A stretch of DNA of 64,000 nucleotides, taken from positions 138,429-202,428 of the forward strand of contig JBGCFQ010000020.1 of the NCBI GenBank assembly GCA_045106985.1. Direction: 5' to 3'. The stretch is from Pseudomonadales bacterium (GTDB lineage Bacteria; Pseudomonadota; Gammaproteobacteria; Pseudomonadales; JAUIET01). The first letter of the stretch is position 1. Each line of letters begins with the position of its first letter. Shown in pieces: positions 36,632 through 46,500 of this stretch. Made by a program: the position numbers and the translations under genes. The notes below the pieces were generated by a model. It saw only the letters and a program-made list of their open reading frames with translations. It was not told where the DNA came from and did no database searches.

Positions 36632-38087
36632 TAGCTCGCTCAGCACCGCATTAGCACTTAGTCCGCAACTCAAAACCTTTGAACGAGACCTACACTGCGA
36701 ACAACAACAGCTACATAACCTAGCGCATTGGGCATACCACTTCAGCCCCTCTGTATGTATTCCCCATGAACAACCGGAAAAGAAAGTACAACAGAAACAG
36801 AAGGAACAACAAGAACATCATTTATTGCTCATCGAGATACAAGGAAGTATTAAGCTATTCCATAAGTTAAAAAATATTCTTAATCTTATATCTACAGGGT
36901 TAAGCGATTTTGGTTATAACTTCACAATGGGTTTGGCGCATACCCCAAAAGCCGCGGAGCTGATGGCGCTAGGTAGCTTGTTGCTGTCTCGTCCGCCACC
37001 CATTGAACAGGTGCCAAGCCGGGATCAATGCCTTAGCGCGTTACGCCAGTTAAGCATTCAAACCCTGCAGGTTGATGGACGACACATCAGTAAGTTGCGC
37101 AAGATGGGCCTGCAAAATATTGGCCAGATATTGGATTTACCCAGCCAAGCTTTAGGCAAACGCTTTGGTCGTGAGTTTCTCCAGTATCTGCAAAAAACAA
37201 CCGGCCAACGCAACGACCCGCGGCGGTTTATCAAACCTAGAGAATCTTTTTCTAGTCAGCTATTTTTTCTAGAACCTATCGAAAATAGCCAAATGCTGCT
37301 GTTTCCAATGCAGCGCCTACTAGACGAATTGTGTCAGTTTCTTCTTGCTCGCCAACTACAGTGCAATCACTTCAGTTGGCATCTTCGCCAAGGCCACTCG
37401 CAACGGCAAAAAAACGGCAAACACAGCCAACTCGACATTCAGCTAAGCCAAGCACAGGTTAACAAAACAGCTTTTTTAAACCTTACGCGAATACAACTGG
37501 AGAAAATTCACCTGCGCCAAGCAGTACACACAGTGGAATTGAAGGCCATAAACTTTGTACAAGCCAATGCTCAAAGCCAACAACTATTCGATACACTTAG
37601 CGATAATACAAACCGCGAACCACTCGACAGCTTGCTCGACAAGCTACAGGCTCGCTTGGGCGAAGGCACTATGTACTGCATCGATTGTGAACAACAGCAC
37701 TTGCCCGAGCGAGCGAATACAACCGTGGCAAGCAAATTCTTACTTAGCCTTAACAATCGCCCGACTGCCTCTGTCACGCATAAAGCGGCCCACAGCCAAG
37801 ATAAAACCCAAGCCGCCGAAACCAAAGTTGCCGAACCCAAAACACCCTACGCAGTGCGGCCCGCCTGGTTACTGCGTAGCCCGGCTCGCGTGCAACAACG
37901 CGATCAAAATCTGTATTGGCGTGGCAAACTTGAATTATTGCAAGGGCCCGAGAGAATAGAAACGGGCTGGTGGGAGAGCGCCCAACAACGCGATTATTAT
38001 ATCGCTCAACATGAAGACGGTGGCGTGTACTGGCTGTATAAAGACATACCGAGCAAGACTTGGTATGTGCAGGGTGTGTTTTCTTAA
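36486..38087 (+). CDS. imuB: ImuB (Y-family polymerase-like, catalytically inactive type)
   Basis: 533-aa ORF. The N-terminus MLWLAIHLPLLPLEIF is the canonical ImuB start. The C-terminal YWRGKLELLQGPERIETGWWE...DYY...GGVYWLYKD is ImuB-typical. Confidence 0.88.
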   Translation: MLWLAIHLPLLPLEIFTRGTNEANPCVVIQQQRVSYANAHALRSGIQIDSSLSTALALSPQLKTFERDLHCEQQQLHNLAHWAYHFSPSVCIPHEQPEKKVQQKQKEQQEHHLLLIEIQGSIKLFHKLKNILNLISTGLSDFGYNFTMGLAHTPKAAELMALGSLLLSRPPPIEQVPSRDQCLSALRQLSIQTLQVDGRHISKLRKMGLQNIGQILDLPSQALGKRFGREFLQYLQKTTGQRNDPRRFIKPRESFSSQLFFLEPIENSQMLLFPMQRLLDELCQFLLARQLQCNHFSWHLRQGHSQRQKNGKHSQLDIQLSQAQVNKTAFLNLTRIQLEKIHLRQAVHTVELKAINFVQANAQSQQLFDTLSDNTNREPLDSLLDKLQARLGEGTMYCIDCEQQHLPERANTTVASKFLLSLNNRPTASVTHKAAHSQDKTQAAETKVAEPKTPYAVRPAWLLRSPARVQQRDQNLYWRGKLELLQGPERIETGWWESAQQRDYYIAQHEDGGVYWLYKDIPSKTWYVQGVFS

Positions 38088-38126
38088 ATTAGAAAAACAA
38101 CAAAACCAATAATTTATAGCGATTAA

Positions 38127-38978
38127 TCAGAGACCTTGCGATGCTTCATCCATAGTCGCAGGGTGTTCAGACTCGTTAAATTCATTAATTGACGACCAAC
38201 CAGCTGCGATATCATCCATGCTGATGTTTGCGGTATCAAGGTCAAGCTTTAAACCTTGTGAGCGTTCCCAGCGCACGCGCTTAAAAGTACCACCGCCGGC
38301 CTCAAAAAAGCCGCCACTGTCGCTGCAAGCTGGGTGACAAAGATACGCCACCAACGGAGCAACTAACTCAGGTCGAAATTTAGCAATCATTTCATCAGAA
38401 AGGTAAGCACTGTTCATTTCTGTAGCACCAATAGGAGCAACGCAGTTAACGCCAATGTTGTATTTAGCGCCTTCTACCGCCAACGTTTTGCATAAACCAA
38501 CCATGCCTAATTTTGCAGCGCCGTAGTTTGCCTGCCCATAGTTGCCATACAGACCCGAGGCGGATGAAATAAAAACAAGTCGCCCATACGAAGCTTCTTT
38601 AAAGTCCGACCATGCCGCACGCGCGAGTTGGAAGGCTACGCCAAGGTGAATATGTTGTACCGCTGTCCAATCCTCGTCACTCATTTTGGCAATGGTTCGA
38701 TCGCGCACAAAGCCGGCGTTGTGCACCATCGCGTCAATCCGAGAATGAAGCTCTTTCGCAGCCGAGATTAATGCTCCGCCGTCGCCCAGCTCCATCGCCA
38801 GGTGCGTGGCATGCAAACCTTTATTTCGAAGATCAAAGACCATCCGCTCTCCGGAATCATCCCGACCACTGCTGTGAACAATCACCGTCGCACCGTATTG
38901 CGCTAGGTAATTACTAAACGCCTTACCTAATCCGCGATTGCCACCGGTTACGAGTACTACTTGATTGTCGAACTTCAA
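38127..38978 (-). CDS. SDR, MFE-2-type (3R)-hydroxyacyl-CoA dehydrogenase-like
   Basis: 283-aa ORF with VTGGNRGLGKAF and the catalytic YGAAK (GQANYGAAKLGMVGL), which resembles the multifunctional enzyme type 2 dehydrogenase domain. Confidence 0.7.
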   Translation of the reverse strand: MKFDNQVVLVTGGNRGLGKAFSNYLAQYGATVIVHSSGRDDSGERMVFDLRNKGLHATHLAMELGDGGALISAAKELHSRIDAMVHNAGFVRDRTIAKMSDEDWTAVQHIHLGVAFQLARAAWSDFKEASYGRLVFISSASGLYGNYGQANYGAAKLGMVGLCKTLAVEGAKYNIGVNCVAPIGATEMNSAYLSDEMIAKFRPELVAPLVAYLCHPACSDSGGFFEAGGGTFKRVRWERSQGLKLDLDTANISMDDIAAGWSSINEFNESEHPATMDEASQGL

Positions 38979-38979
38979 G

Positions 38980-39888
38980 CTATAAACTCACTGTTAATTT
39001 CTCACTTAGAAATTTTGCCATTTCATCGCGCGTTTCCGGATGCTTCGCAGCAAACTCCATAAAACAGCGCACATAGTCTGCTTTGTTACCAATGTCATAG
39101 CGCACAGCATTCCAGTGTAAGGCCTGCATCGGCGAGCGAGCAGCGAGTATATTCATGGCATCCGTCAGCTGGATTTCATTACCCTTACCCATTTCAGTTT
39201 CATCCAAACAGCTAAAGATTTCTGGTGTGAAAATATAACGTCCAGCGATTGCCAAATTAGTAGGCGCTTCTTCAGCCGTTGGTTTTTCTATCAGTCGGTT
39301 AAGACCGTACAGCCGACCATCAGAACCGTCCAAAGGATTTCCATCGACAATGCCATATCGGCTGAGCCATTCGTCCGGCACCTCGCGCACGGCAACAACG
39401 CTTGACTGATAGCGCTCGTAGACCTGCATGAGTTCTTGAAGACCGTGAATACCACTCTCTTCGCCCGGCTCAATAATGGTGTCGCCCAGTAATAGCGCAA
39501 ATGGATCAGAACCCGCAAAGCTTCGCCCTAATTTAACCGCATCGCCTAAGCCAAGTTGTTCTTTCTGCCGCACAAAAAAGATATTTGCGTGGTCGCCAAT
39601 ATCACGCACCGTATGCGCTAGCGCGGCTTTCCCTTGTTTCTCTAGATGTAGCTGCAAACCAGGGGCTGAATCAAAATGATTTTCTATGGCCCGCTTACCA
39701 CGACCGGTAATAATCAAAATGTCTTCGATACCACTGGCTACCGCTTCTTCAATAACAAATTGAATAACAGGCTTGTCAACGATCGGCAGCATTTCTTTCG
39801 GGCTGCTCTTTGTCATGGGCAGGAAACGAGTACCCAGACCGGCGGCGGGAATAATAGCCTTAGTTATTTTCGTAGTAGATGTTGTCAT
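38980..39888 (-). CDS. galU: UTP-sugar-1-phosphate uridylyltransferase (GalU/GtaB-like)
   Basis: 302-aa ORF with KAIIPAAGLGTRFLPMTKSSPKEMLPIVDKPVIQFVIEEA, the nucleotidyltransferase signature. It starts 4 nt downstream of the kinase gene. Confidence 0.85.
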   Translation of the reverse strand: MTTSTTKITKAIIPAAGLGTRFLPMTKSSPKEMLPIVDKPVIQFVIEEAVASGIEDILIITGRGKRAIENHFDSAPGLQLHLEKQGKAALAHTVRDIGDHANIFFVRQKEQLGLGDAVKLGRSFAGSDPFALLLGDTIIEPGEESGIHGLQELMQVYERYQSSVVAVREVPDEWLSRYGIVDGNPLDGSDGRLYGLNRLIEKPTAEEAPTNLAIAGRYIFTPEIFSCLDETEMGKGNEIQLTDAMNILAARSPMQALHWNAVRYDIGNKADYVRCFMEFAAKHPETRDEMAKFLSEKLTVSL

Positions 39889-39891
39889 CGA

Positions 39892-40923
39892 TTAACTCTC
39901 GCCCTTCCCTTTACGCTTGTCCTTGTCCTTTATAGTTGGGTGAATAGTCTTAGCACCCATAGATTGATAGGCTTTTAACAACAAGTCAAAGCGCTGAGGA
40001 TCACCATCGTAAACGCCTATCACAGCTCCACCAGAACCAGCCAGTTTTGCGTGCGCTCCCTGTTGCTCGGCTATTTGAACAAGGCGTTTATTGCCCTCAC
40101 TCACATCAATGGTACGTGTGCGTAAGGCGAAGTTTTCGCTCAAGAGCGGACCAATTTGATCGCCTTTTCCTTTGCTCAATAAATCTCTAGCTGATTGAGC
40201 AAGGCCTGCAAATTCTTCCATCGCCGCCAATACAGCTGGATCACCACGGTTAAATCGGCTTCGTAAATCATTGTGGCTAAGCTCTGTGCCTTCAGCAAGA
40301 CCGTCGTGGTAGGCAACAAATAAAGGCGGCAAGCTCTCAGGCGACAACGATTCATAATGTCCATGGCCGCGCTCTTCCATTAAGGATTTATCGAAGTCCA
40401 TAAACACAGCCCCTTCATAGGCCTGAACAACCCGATCTTGCAAGCCAGCGCCAATCCCCAATTCCTCCAACTCAACGCTCAATGTTAAATTGGCAAGCTC
40501 ATAATCAGCTATCGATACATTATAGAAAGACATCAGAGCACGCATTGTTGCTGTCACAATGCCAGAAGACCCCGCAAGCCCAACCCGAACCGGAATATTA
40601 GAGCGGTATTCCATCGTGAAATTGCGAGCTTCCAGTGTTATGTCATTTAACTCGCAATAGTCGTTGAAGCGTTTAATGGCGGCTTTAATCAGGCGAAGAC
40701 CGCCGTAGTAGCCATTCAAACGTACGTCTTCGCTCAACTCGGCCAAGGAATTGAAGGTCATGTTATCTTGCTGGCAAGGTTCAATGCTTAGCCGGGGCGA
40801 CTCAAAGCAAACGACATTCGCCGCGAAATTACGCAATATAACGGCAATGGTTTTGCCAAAATACCCGTCAGACGGATTACCTATCAAACCGGCACGGCCA
40901 TAGGCACAAGTTTCAATAATCAT
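39892..40923 (-). CDS. GHMP-family sugar-1-kinase resembling plant glucuronokinase
   Basis: 343-aa ORF with GRAGLIGNPSDGYFGKTI, NGYYGGLRLIK, the GHMP motif VGLAGSSGIV, GLQDRVVQAYEG and LAGSGGAVIG. These blocks parallel the Arabidopsis GlcAK as I recall it. Confidence 0.65.
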   Translation of the reverse strand: MIIETCAYGRAGLIGNPSDGYFGKTIAVILRNFAANVVCFESPRLSIEPCQQDNMTFNSLAELSEDVRLNGYYGGLRLIKAAIKRFNDYCELNDITLEARNFTMEYRSNIPVRVGLAGSSGIVTATMRALMSFYNVSIADYELANLTLSVELEELGIGAGLQDRVVQAYEGAVFMDFDKSLMEERGHGHYESLSPESLPPLFVAYHDGLAEGTELSHNDLRSRFNRGDPAVLAAMEEFAGLAQSARDLLSKGKGDQIGPLLSENFALRTRTIDVSEGNKRLVQIAEQQGAHAKLAGSGGAVIGVYDGDPQRFDLLLKAYQSMGAKTIHPTIKDKDKRKGKGES

Positions 40924-40997
40924 GTTATCTACTAATTTCGATCACTCATCATTCTATTGTATCCTAATGAACCAAATTTGCTGGTGAGTCATAATCC

Positions 40998-41456
40998 ATG
41001 TCACAGAAGTTTCGTTGTCTTATTCGCGTTCGTTACGGCGACTGCGACGCACAAGGCGTAGTATTCAACGCACGTTATGGCGACTATGTAGATGTTGCCT
41101 CCACCGAATACCAACGCTTCACCGTGGGAGGCTATCAGGCCGTTCTAGACGCGGGAATAGACTTCCAGGCTGTGAAGCTAAGCATTGAATGGAAAGCCTC
41201 AGCGCGGTTTGATGAAGTGCTTGCCATTGAGGTTGAAACGGCACGCTTGGGTAATACCTCGTATGGCTTAGGCTTCACTATGTATGAATACTATTCGAAC
41301 AAGCTACTCGCTACGGCGGAAACAGTCTACGTCTGTGTTGATGCTCAATCGTTTGAGAAAAAACGCATTCCTGATTCTGTACGAACGCAACTGCAAGAAG
41401 CCGCAACAGGTGTGCTAGTTAATCAAGCCGGCATTACGCTTAATGGAGATAAGTAG
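40998..41456 (+). CDS. Hotdog-fold acyl-CoA thioesterase (YbgC/4HBT family)
   Basis: 152-aa ORF. The N-terminal IRVRYGDCDAQGVVFNARY contains the catalytic Asp motif. Confidence 0.8.
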   Translation: MSQKFRCLIRVRYGDCDAQGVVFNARYGDYVDVASTEYQRFTVGGYQAVLDAGIDFQAVKLSIEWKASARFDEVLAIEVETARLGNTSYGLGFTMYEYYSNKLLATAETVYVCVDAQSFEKKRIPDSVRTQLQEAATGVLVNQAGITLNGDK

Positions 41457-41458
41457 AA

Positions 41459-42421
41459 ATGCTTAGCGTTTCAATCGATGACGTACAAGCGGCTGCGAAT
41501 CGTATTGCAAAGTATGTCCATCAAACACCCGTGCTCAGCAGTGAACAGATCAACCGTATTGCCGGCTGCGAACTGGTATTTAAGTGTGAGAACTTACAGA
41601 AGTGCGGTGCTTTTAAGGCGCGAGGTGCACACAACGCCCTATTACAACTTACAGCTGAGCAATTAGCCCGTGGTGTGGCAACTCACTCTTCGGGCAATCA
41701 CGGCGCAGCCCTCAGTTATGCAGCAAAGCAATTAGGTACGGCCGCCCATATAGTGATGCCTGAAAATACGTCTCAAGCCAAAATTGATGCCGTGAAAGGC
41801 TATGGTGGTAACATTACTTTTTGCGAAGCCACAATGGCGGCACGCGAACAAACCATCGCTACAATTGTAGAAGCTACAGGAGCGTCGCTGATTCCCCCCT
41901 ACGATTCAGCGTCAATTATTGCCGGTCAAGGAACAGCAGCGCTTGAGCTATTGAGCCAAGTCGATTATCAGCTCGACGCCCTGATAACGCCACTCGGTGG
42001 TGGCGGCTTATTAGGAGGCACAGCCCTGGTGGGTAGTAGCCTAAGCCCCAGCACTCGCATTATTGGAGCAGAACCTGAAGGTGCAAATGATGGCTATTTA
42101 TCATTTGTATCAGGTGAATGGCAACCACAACTGGCACCAAACACAATTGCTGACGGCCTGCGTTCGTCTACAGGAAAGCTCAACTTCCAGATTATTCAGG
42201 CCTTGGTAGATGAGATTGTTTGCGTTAGCGACGCCGAAATAATTAACGCTATGAAACTAATATGGTCGCGCATGAAGCTGGTGATTGAACCATCATCAGC
42301 GACCGTTCTTGCTGCGGTTTTGAAGAACTCAGATCGCTTTAGCGGTCAAAAAATTGGTCTCATTCTTAGTGGCGGCAATGTGGATCTTAATCACCTGCCA
42401 TGGATGCAAACCAATGCCTGA
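41459..42421 (+). CDS. PLP-dependent serine/threonine dehydratase (fold type II)
   Basis: 320-aa ORF with the PLP-lysine motif CENLQKCGAFKARGA and the glycine loop GGGGLLGG. Confidence 0.85.
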   Translation: MLSVSIDDVQAAANRIAKYVHQTPVLSSEQINRIAGCELVFKCENLQKCGAFKARGAHNALLQLTAEQLARGVATHSSGNHGAALSYAAKQLGTAAHIVMPENTSQAKIDAVKGYGGNITFCEATMAAREQTIATIVEATGASLIPPYDSASIIAGQGTAALELLSQVDYQLDALITPLGGGGLLGGTALVGSSLSPSTRIIGAEPEGANDGYLSFVSGEWQPQLAPNTIADGLRSSTGKLNFQIIQALVDEIVCVSDAEIINAMKLIWSRMKLVIEPSSATVLAAVLKNSDRFSGQKIGLILSGGNVDLNHLPWMQTNA

Positions 42422-42442
42422 TTCCCTGTTGTTCCATCGTTG

Positions 42443-43483
42443 ATGAAGCTATTTAAGCTGGCCAATAGCAATGGCGTTGAAATAGCAATCATGGATCTAG
42501 GTGCCACTATTGTGTCAGTGAAAGTGCCAGATCGCTTTGGTAAAATCGCAGATGTAGTGCTAGGCTTCGATGCACTCCCTGATTACCTAAGCGACCAACC
42601 GTATTTCGGCGGCATTGTTGGTCGCTATGCGAATAGAATTGCGTACGGGCGCTTTAGTATTGATGGAAAAGCTATTCAGTTGGCGTGCAATGACGGTAAA
42701 CATCATTTACATGGTGGCACTACAGGTTTTAACAAGAGACTTTGGCGGCCTATTCCTGAGCTCAGCGGTGACCACAACAAGCGCAGCGTAGATTTACAGC
42801 TAATAAGTGAGCATGGTGATCAAGGTTACCCTGGAACACTAAGCTGTCGTGTATGTTATGTACTGGATGACAACAACCGCTTAACGGTGACCTATAGCGC
42901 CACGACTACTGAACCAACGGTCGTAAACTTAAGCCAACACAGTTATTTTAACCTGGCGGGCCATCACGCGGCGGGTCAACTTGACTCAGCTCTTGAACAC
43001 ATTCTAACAATCAATGCCGATTATTTTACTGAAATCGACGACACGCTAATTCCTACCGGTCACTTGGCACCGGTTAAAGGAACACCTCTAGATTTTAGCC
43101 AAGCTACAAAGGTTGGAGTCCGCATCAATGAAAACCATCAACAGTTGAATTACGCTGAGGGTTACGATCACAATTTTGTACTCAATGCCGACGTAGTAAA
43201 TGGCCCTGAGGCGGCAGCCAAGCTGGTTCACCTGGCGTCAGGACGCACACTGCGTATTTACACTGATGCACCAGGCATGCAATTTTATAGCGGCAATTTT
43301 CTCGATGGCTCAGCAACCGGCAAGTCAGGTGTTGCTTATCAACGCCGCGGTGGCCTGGCTTTTGAAACACAATATTTTCCTGATTCACCTAACCAACCGT
43401 TCTTTCCCTCTACTCGTTTAAACCCCGGCGGTGAGTTTAAAACACAGACAGTCTTCGAATTTGGTGTTGTATCTGGTCAATAA
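42443..43483 (+). CDS. galM: Aldose 1-epimerase (galactose mutarotase)
   Basis: ~346-aa ORF with the motifs GGIVGRYANRI, HHLHGG and FETQYFPDSPN. Confidence 0.88.
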   Translation: MKLFKLANSNGVEIAIMDLGATIVSVKVPDRFGKIADVVLGFDALPDYLSDQPYFGGIVGRYANRIAYGRFSIDGKAIQLACNDGKHHLHGGTTGFNKRLWRPIPELSGDHNKRSVDLQLISEHGDQGYPGTLSCRVCYVLDDNNRLTVTYSATTTEPTVVNLSQHSYFNLAGHHAAGQLDSALEHILTINADYFTEIDDTLIPTGHLAPVKGTPLDFSQATKVGVRINENHQQLNYAEGYDHNFVLNADVVNGPEAAAKLVHLASGRTLRIYTDAPGMQFYSGNFLDGSATGKSGVAYQRRGGLAFETQYFPDSPNQPFFPSTRLNPGGEFKTQTVFEFGVVSGQ

Positions 43484-43487
43484 TATA

Positions 43488-43507
43488 TACTGTATATATA
43501 GACAGTA
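43488..43507. promoter_or_regulatory. LexA (SOS) box upstream of dnaE2
   Basis: TACTGTATATATAGACAGTA is a near-perfect CTGT-N8-ACAG box. It lies 74 nt upstream of the dnaE2 start. Confidence 0.9.
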
Positions 43508-43580
43508 GTTTAAATCTGAATTAAGCTGAATAGTCCTCTGCATACTTTGCATACTCTTTATAAAAAGTAAGGACATTCTG

Positions 43581-46500
43581 TTGGCCTACGCCGAACTTCA
43601 CTGCATAAGCAATTTCAGTTTTCTGCGCGGCGCGTCTCATCCTGGTGAGTTGGTGATGCAGGCCGCCGAGCTGGGTTACTCTGCTATAGCCATTACGGAT
43701 GAGTGTTCGTTGGCTGGCATTGTTAAAGCTCATGTGGTCGCCAAGGAATGTGGTATTCAACTACTCGTTGGAAGCGAGTTTGTGTTGAATGAAGGCATTA
43801 AATTGGTGCTGCTGGCACCCCATCGAGACGCTTATGCCCAGCTATCAACACTGATCACCGTGGCACGCCGCCGCAGCCCAAAAGGCGAATACTCGCTTAA
43901 GCTCAATGACCTGAAACGCGGTGCAGACGAGCAACTGGCTATCTATTTACCCAGTTGTTTACACGACAATTTATCGGCAAAAGACAGGCAAGACAGTACT
44001 CATTACATTGATGACTTAAAAAGCGTATTCAAGAACAATTTATGGATTGGCTTCAATAATAGATTGAATGACGATTCACTAAACCGTTTTCAATATTTTC
44101 ATTCCTTGGCAAAACGTTATCAACTGTCTTTAGTAGCTTGTGGCAATGTGCATATGCATTGCCGCGCACGAAAGCCGCTACAAGATGTGTTAACGGCTAT
44201 TCAACACAACACAGCTATTCAGCAACTTGGAAATAAGCTACAAAGCAATAGCGAGCAATACCTTCGCCCCATTGCAGAACTGGATGTTCGCTATCCCCTG
44301 CCCCTACTCAATGAAACACTGCGCATTGCAAAACGTTGTGAGTTTTCAATGGATGAGTTGCGTTACGACTACCCGGAAGAACTAGTACCCCCAGGGCAAA
44401 GCCCTGACGCCTATTTACGCCAACTGGTGTATCAGGGAGCGCAGCAACGTTGGACGAATGGTGTGCCACCAAAAGTTCAGGAGCAAATAGAGAAGGAGCT
44501 ATTACTTATCAGGGAGCTGCAGTACGAGTATTATTTTCTCACAGTATTCGACATTGTGTACTTTGCTCGAAGCCAAAACATCTTATGCCAGGGACGTGGC
44601 TCCGCCGCGAATTCTGTGGTGTGTTATTGCCTGTTTATTACCGAAGTTGATCCCGACCGTATTTCAGTATTATTTGAACGTTTCATTTCCAAAGAGCGAG
44701 ACGAGCCGCCCGACATAGACGTGGATTTTGAGCACGAGCGACGCGAAGAAGTTATTCAGTACATCTATAAAAAGTACAGCCGTGAACACGCAGCATTAGC
44801 TGCTACCGTAATCACCTATAGACCACGCAGTGCTATCAGAGACGTTGGCAAAGCGCTGGGACTAGACGCTTTGTTTGTCGAACAACTGGCCAAGTCTTTG
44901 GCTTGGTGGGACCGTAAAGGCGACCTGCACAAGCGATTTGAAGAAGCCAACATTGAAGGCGGATCAAAAATGGCCAAGTTATTTCTTAAGCGAGTAGATG
45001 ACATCCTCGGCTTTCCGCGACACTTATCGCAACACGTTGGCGGTTTCATTATTACTCGCAGCCCAATAAGCACTCTGGTTCCAGTTGAAAATGCAGCAAT
45101 GCCTGACCGCACTATTATCCAATGGGACAAAACCGATATTGAGGCCATGGGCTTACTAAAAGTGGATGTATTGGCTTTAGGAATGCTAACGGCTATTCGC
45201 AAAGCGTTTGATTTGATCAACAGTTACCAACCTATTCCCATTGACCTGTCTAAGGTACCCGCTGAAGATCCAATAACCTATAACATGCTGTGCCGTGCCG
45301 ACAGTGTGGGCGTTTTTCAAGTCGAATCGCGTGCACAGATTTCTATGTTACCGCGCCTGAAGCCACACAAATTTTACGACCTTGTGATTCAAGTAGCGAT
45401 TGTGCGCCCGGGCCCTATTCAAGGCGATATGGTACACCCTTATCTACGCCGTCGTGAGGGTAGCGAGGCCGTTAGCTATCCAAATGATGACGTTAAAGCC
45501 GTATTAGAGCGAACACTGGGCGTACCTATTTTTCAGGAACAAGTTATTAAATTAGCAATGGTGGCAGCCGGTTTTAGTGGTGGTGAAGCCGATCAATTAC
45601 GTCGCGCTATGGCTAGCTGGGGAAAGAATGGCAACCTATTACACTTCGAACGCAAAGTCATTGACGGCATGCTAGCCCGTGGACATGACATGGATTTCGC
45701 ACAACGGCTTTTCAACCAAATGAAAGGCTTTGGCGATTACGGTTTTCCGGAATCGCATGCTGCCAGCTTTGCCTTGCTAGTGTATGTGTCTGCGTGGCTG
45801 AAATGCCACTACCCCAGCGCATTTTACTGTGCGCTACTAAACAGCCAACCTATGGGCTTTTATTCGCCATCGCAGCTAATACAAGACGCTCAACGACACC
45901 AAATAAAAACACTTGAAATCGACGTATTGCATAGTCATTGGGACAGTACACTGGACTTACAGAAAAATGCCGCGGGTGTTATGAATGTTCAGCCAGCACT
46001 GCGGCTCGGCTTACGTTTGGTAAAAGGCTTTAATAAAAATGCAGCGCATCGTATTGAGCAACTTCGCCAATCTCAGGGCTTTAACTGCGTTGAAGAATTG
46101 GCCATACGAGCGCAATTAAATAGGCAAGAAATTGAGGCATTGGTAGGCGCTGACGCACTGCGAGCATTAAGCGGTCACCGCCATCAAGCACATTGGGAAA
46201 CGGCCGCTATAGAAGCCCCACAGCCATTGCTTGAAGCGGGCGCTGAGATATTGAGCGAAGGTATTAGCTTTCCTGCACCAAGTGATGTGCAAGAAGTATT
46301 GGCAGACTACCAGGCAACTGGCCTAAGCATCAAACAACACCCAATGTCATTGCTGCGTACGCAGAAGCCCTTCTCTCGCTGTAAAACGGCTTACCAACTA
46401 CAACTTCTTAACCATGGCCGATTTGTTAGGGTAGCGGGCATAGTCACAGGCAAACAACGCCCAGGAAGCGCCTCCGGTGTTGTATTTCTAACACTGGAAG

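Noticed and set aside
38088-43487. The possibility that the 5.5-kb insert between imuB and dnaE2 is a mobile genomic island.
   Set aside because: I saw no integrase, transposase, tRNA target or flanking direct or inverted repeats. The genes are ordinary metabolic functions. I treat it as a rearrangement, not a mobile element.
43521-43760. 79-aa minus-strand ORF spanning the dnaE2 start region.
   Set aside because: It overlaps the canonical DnaE2 N-terminus and has no recognisable features.
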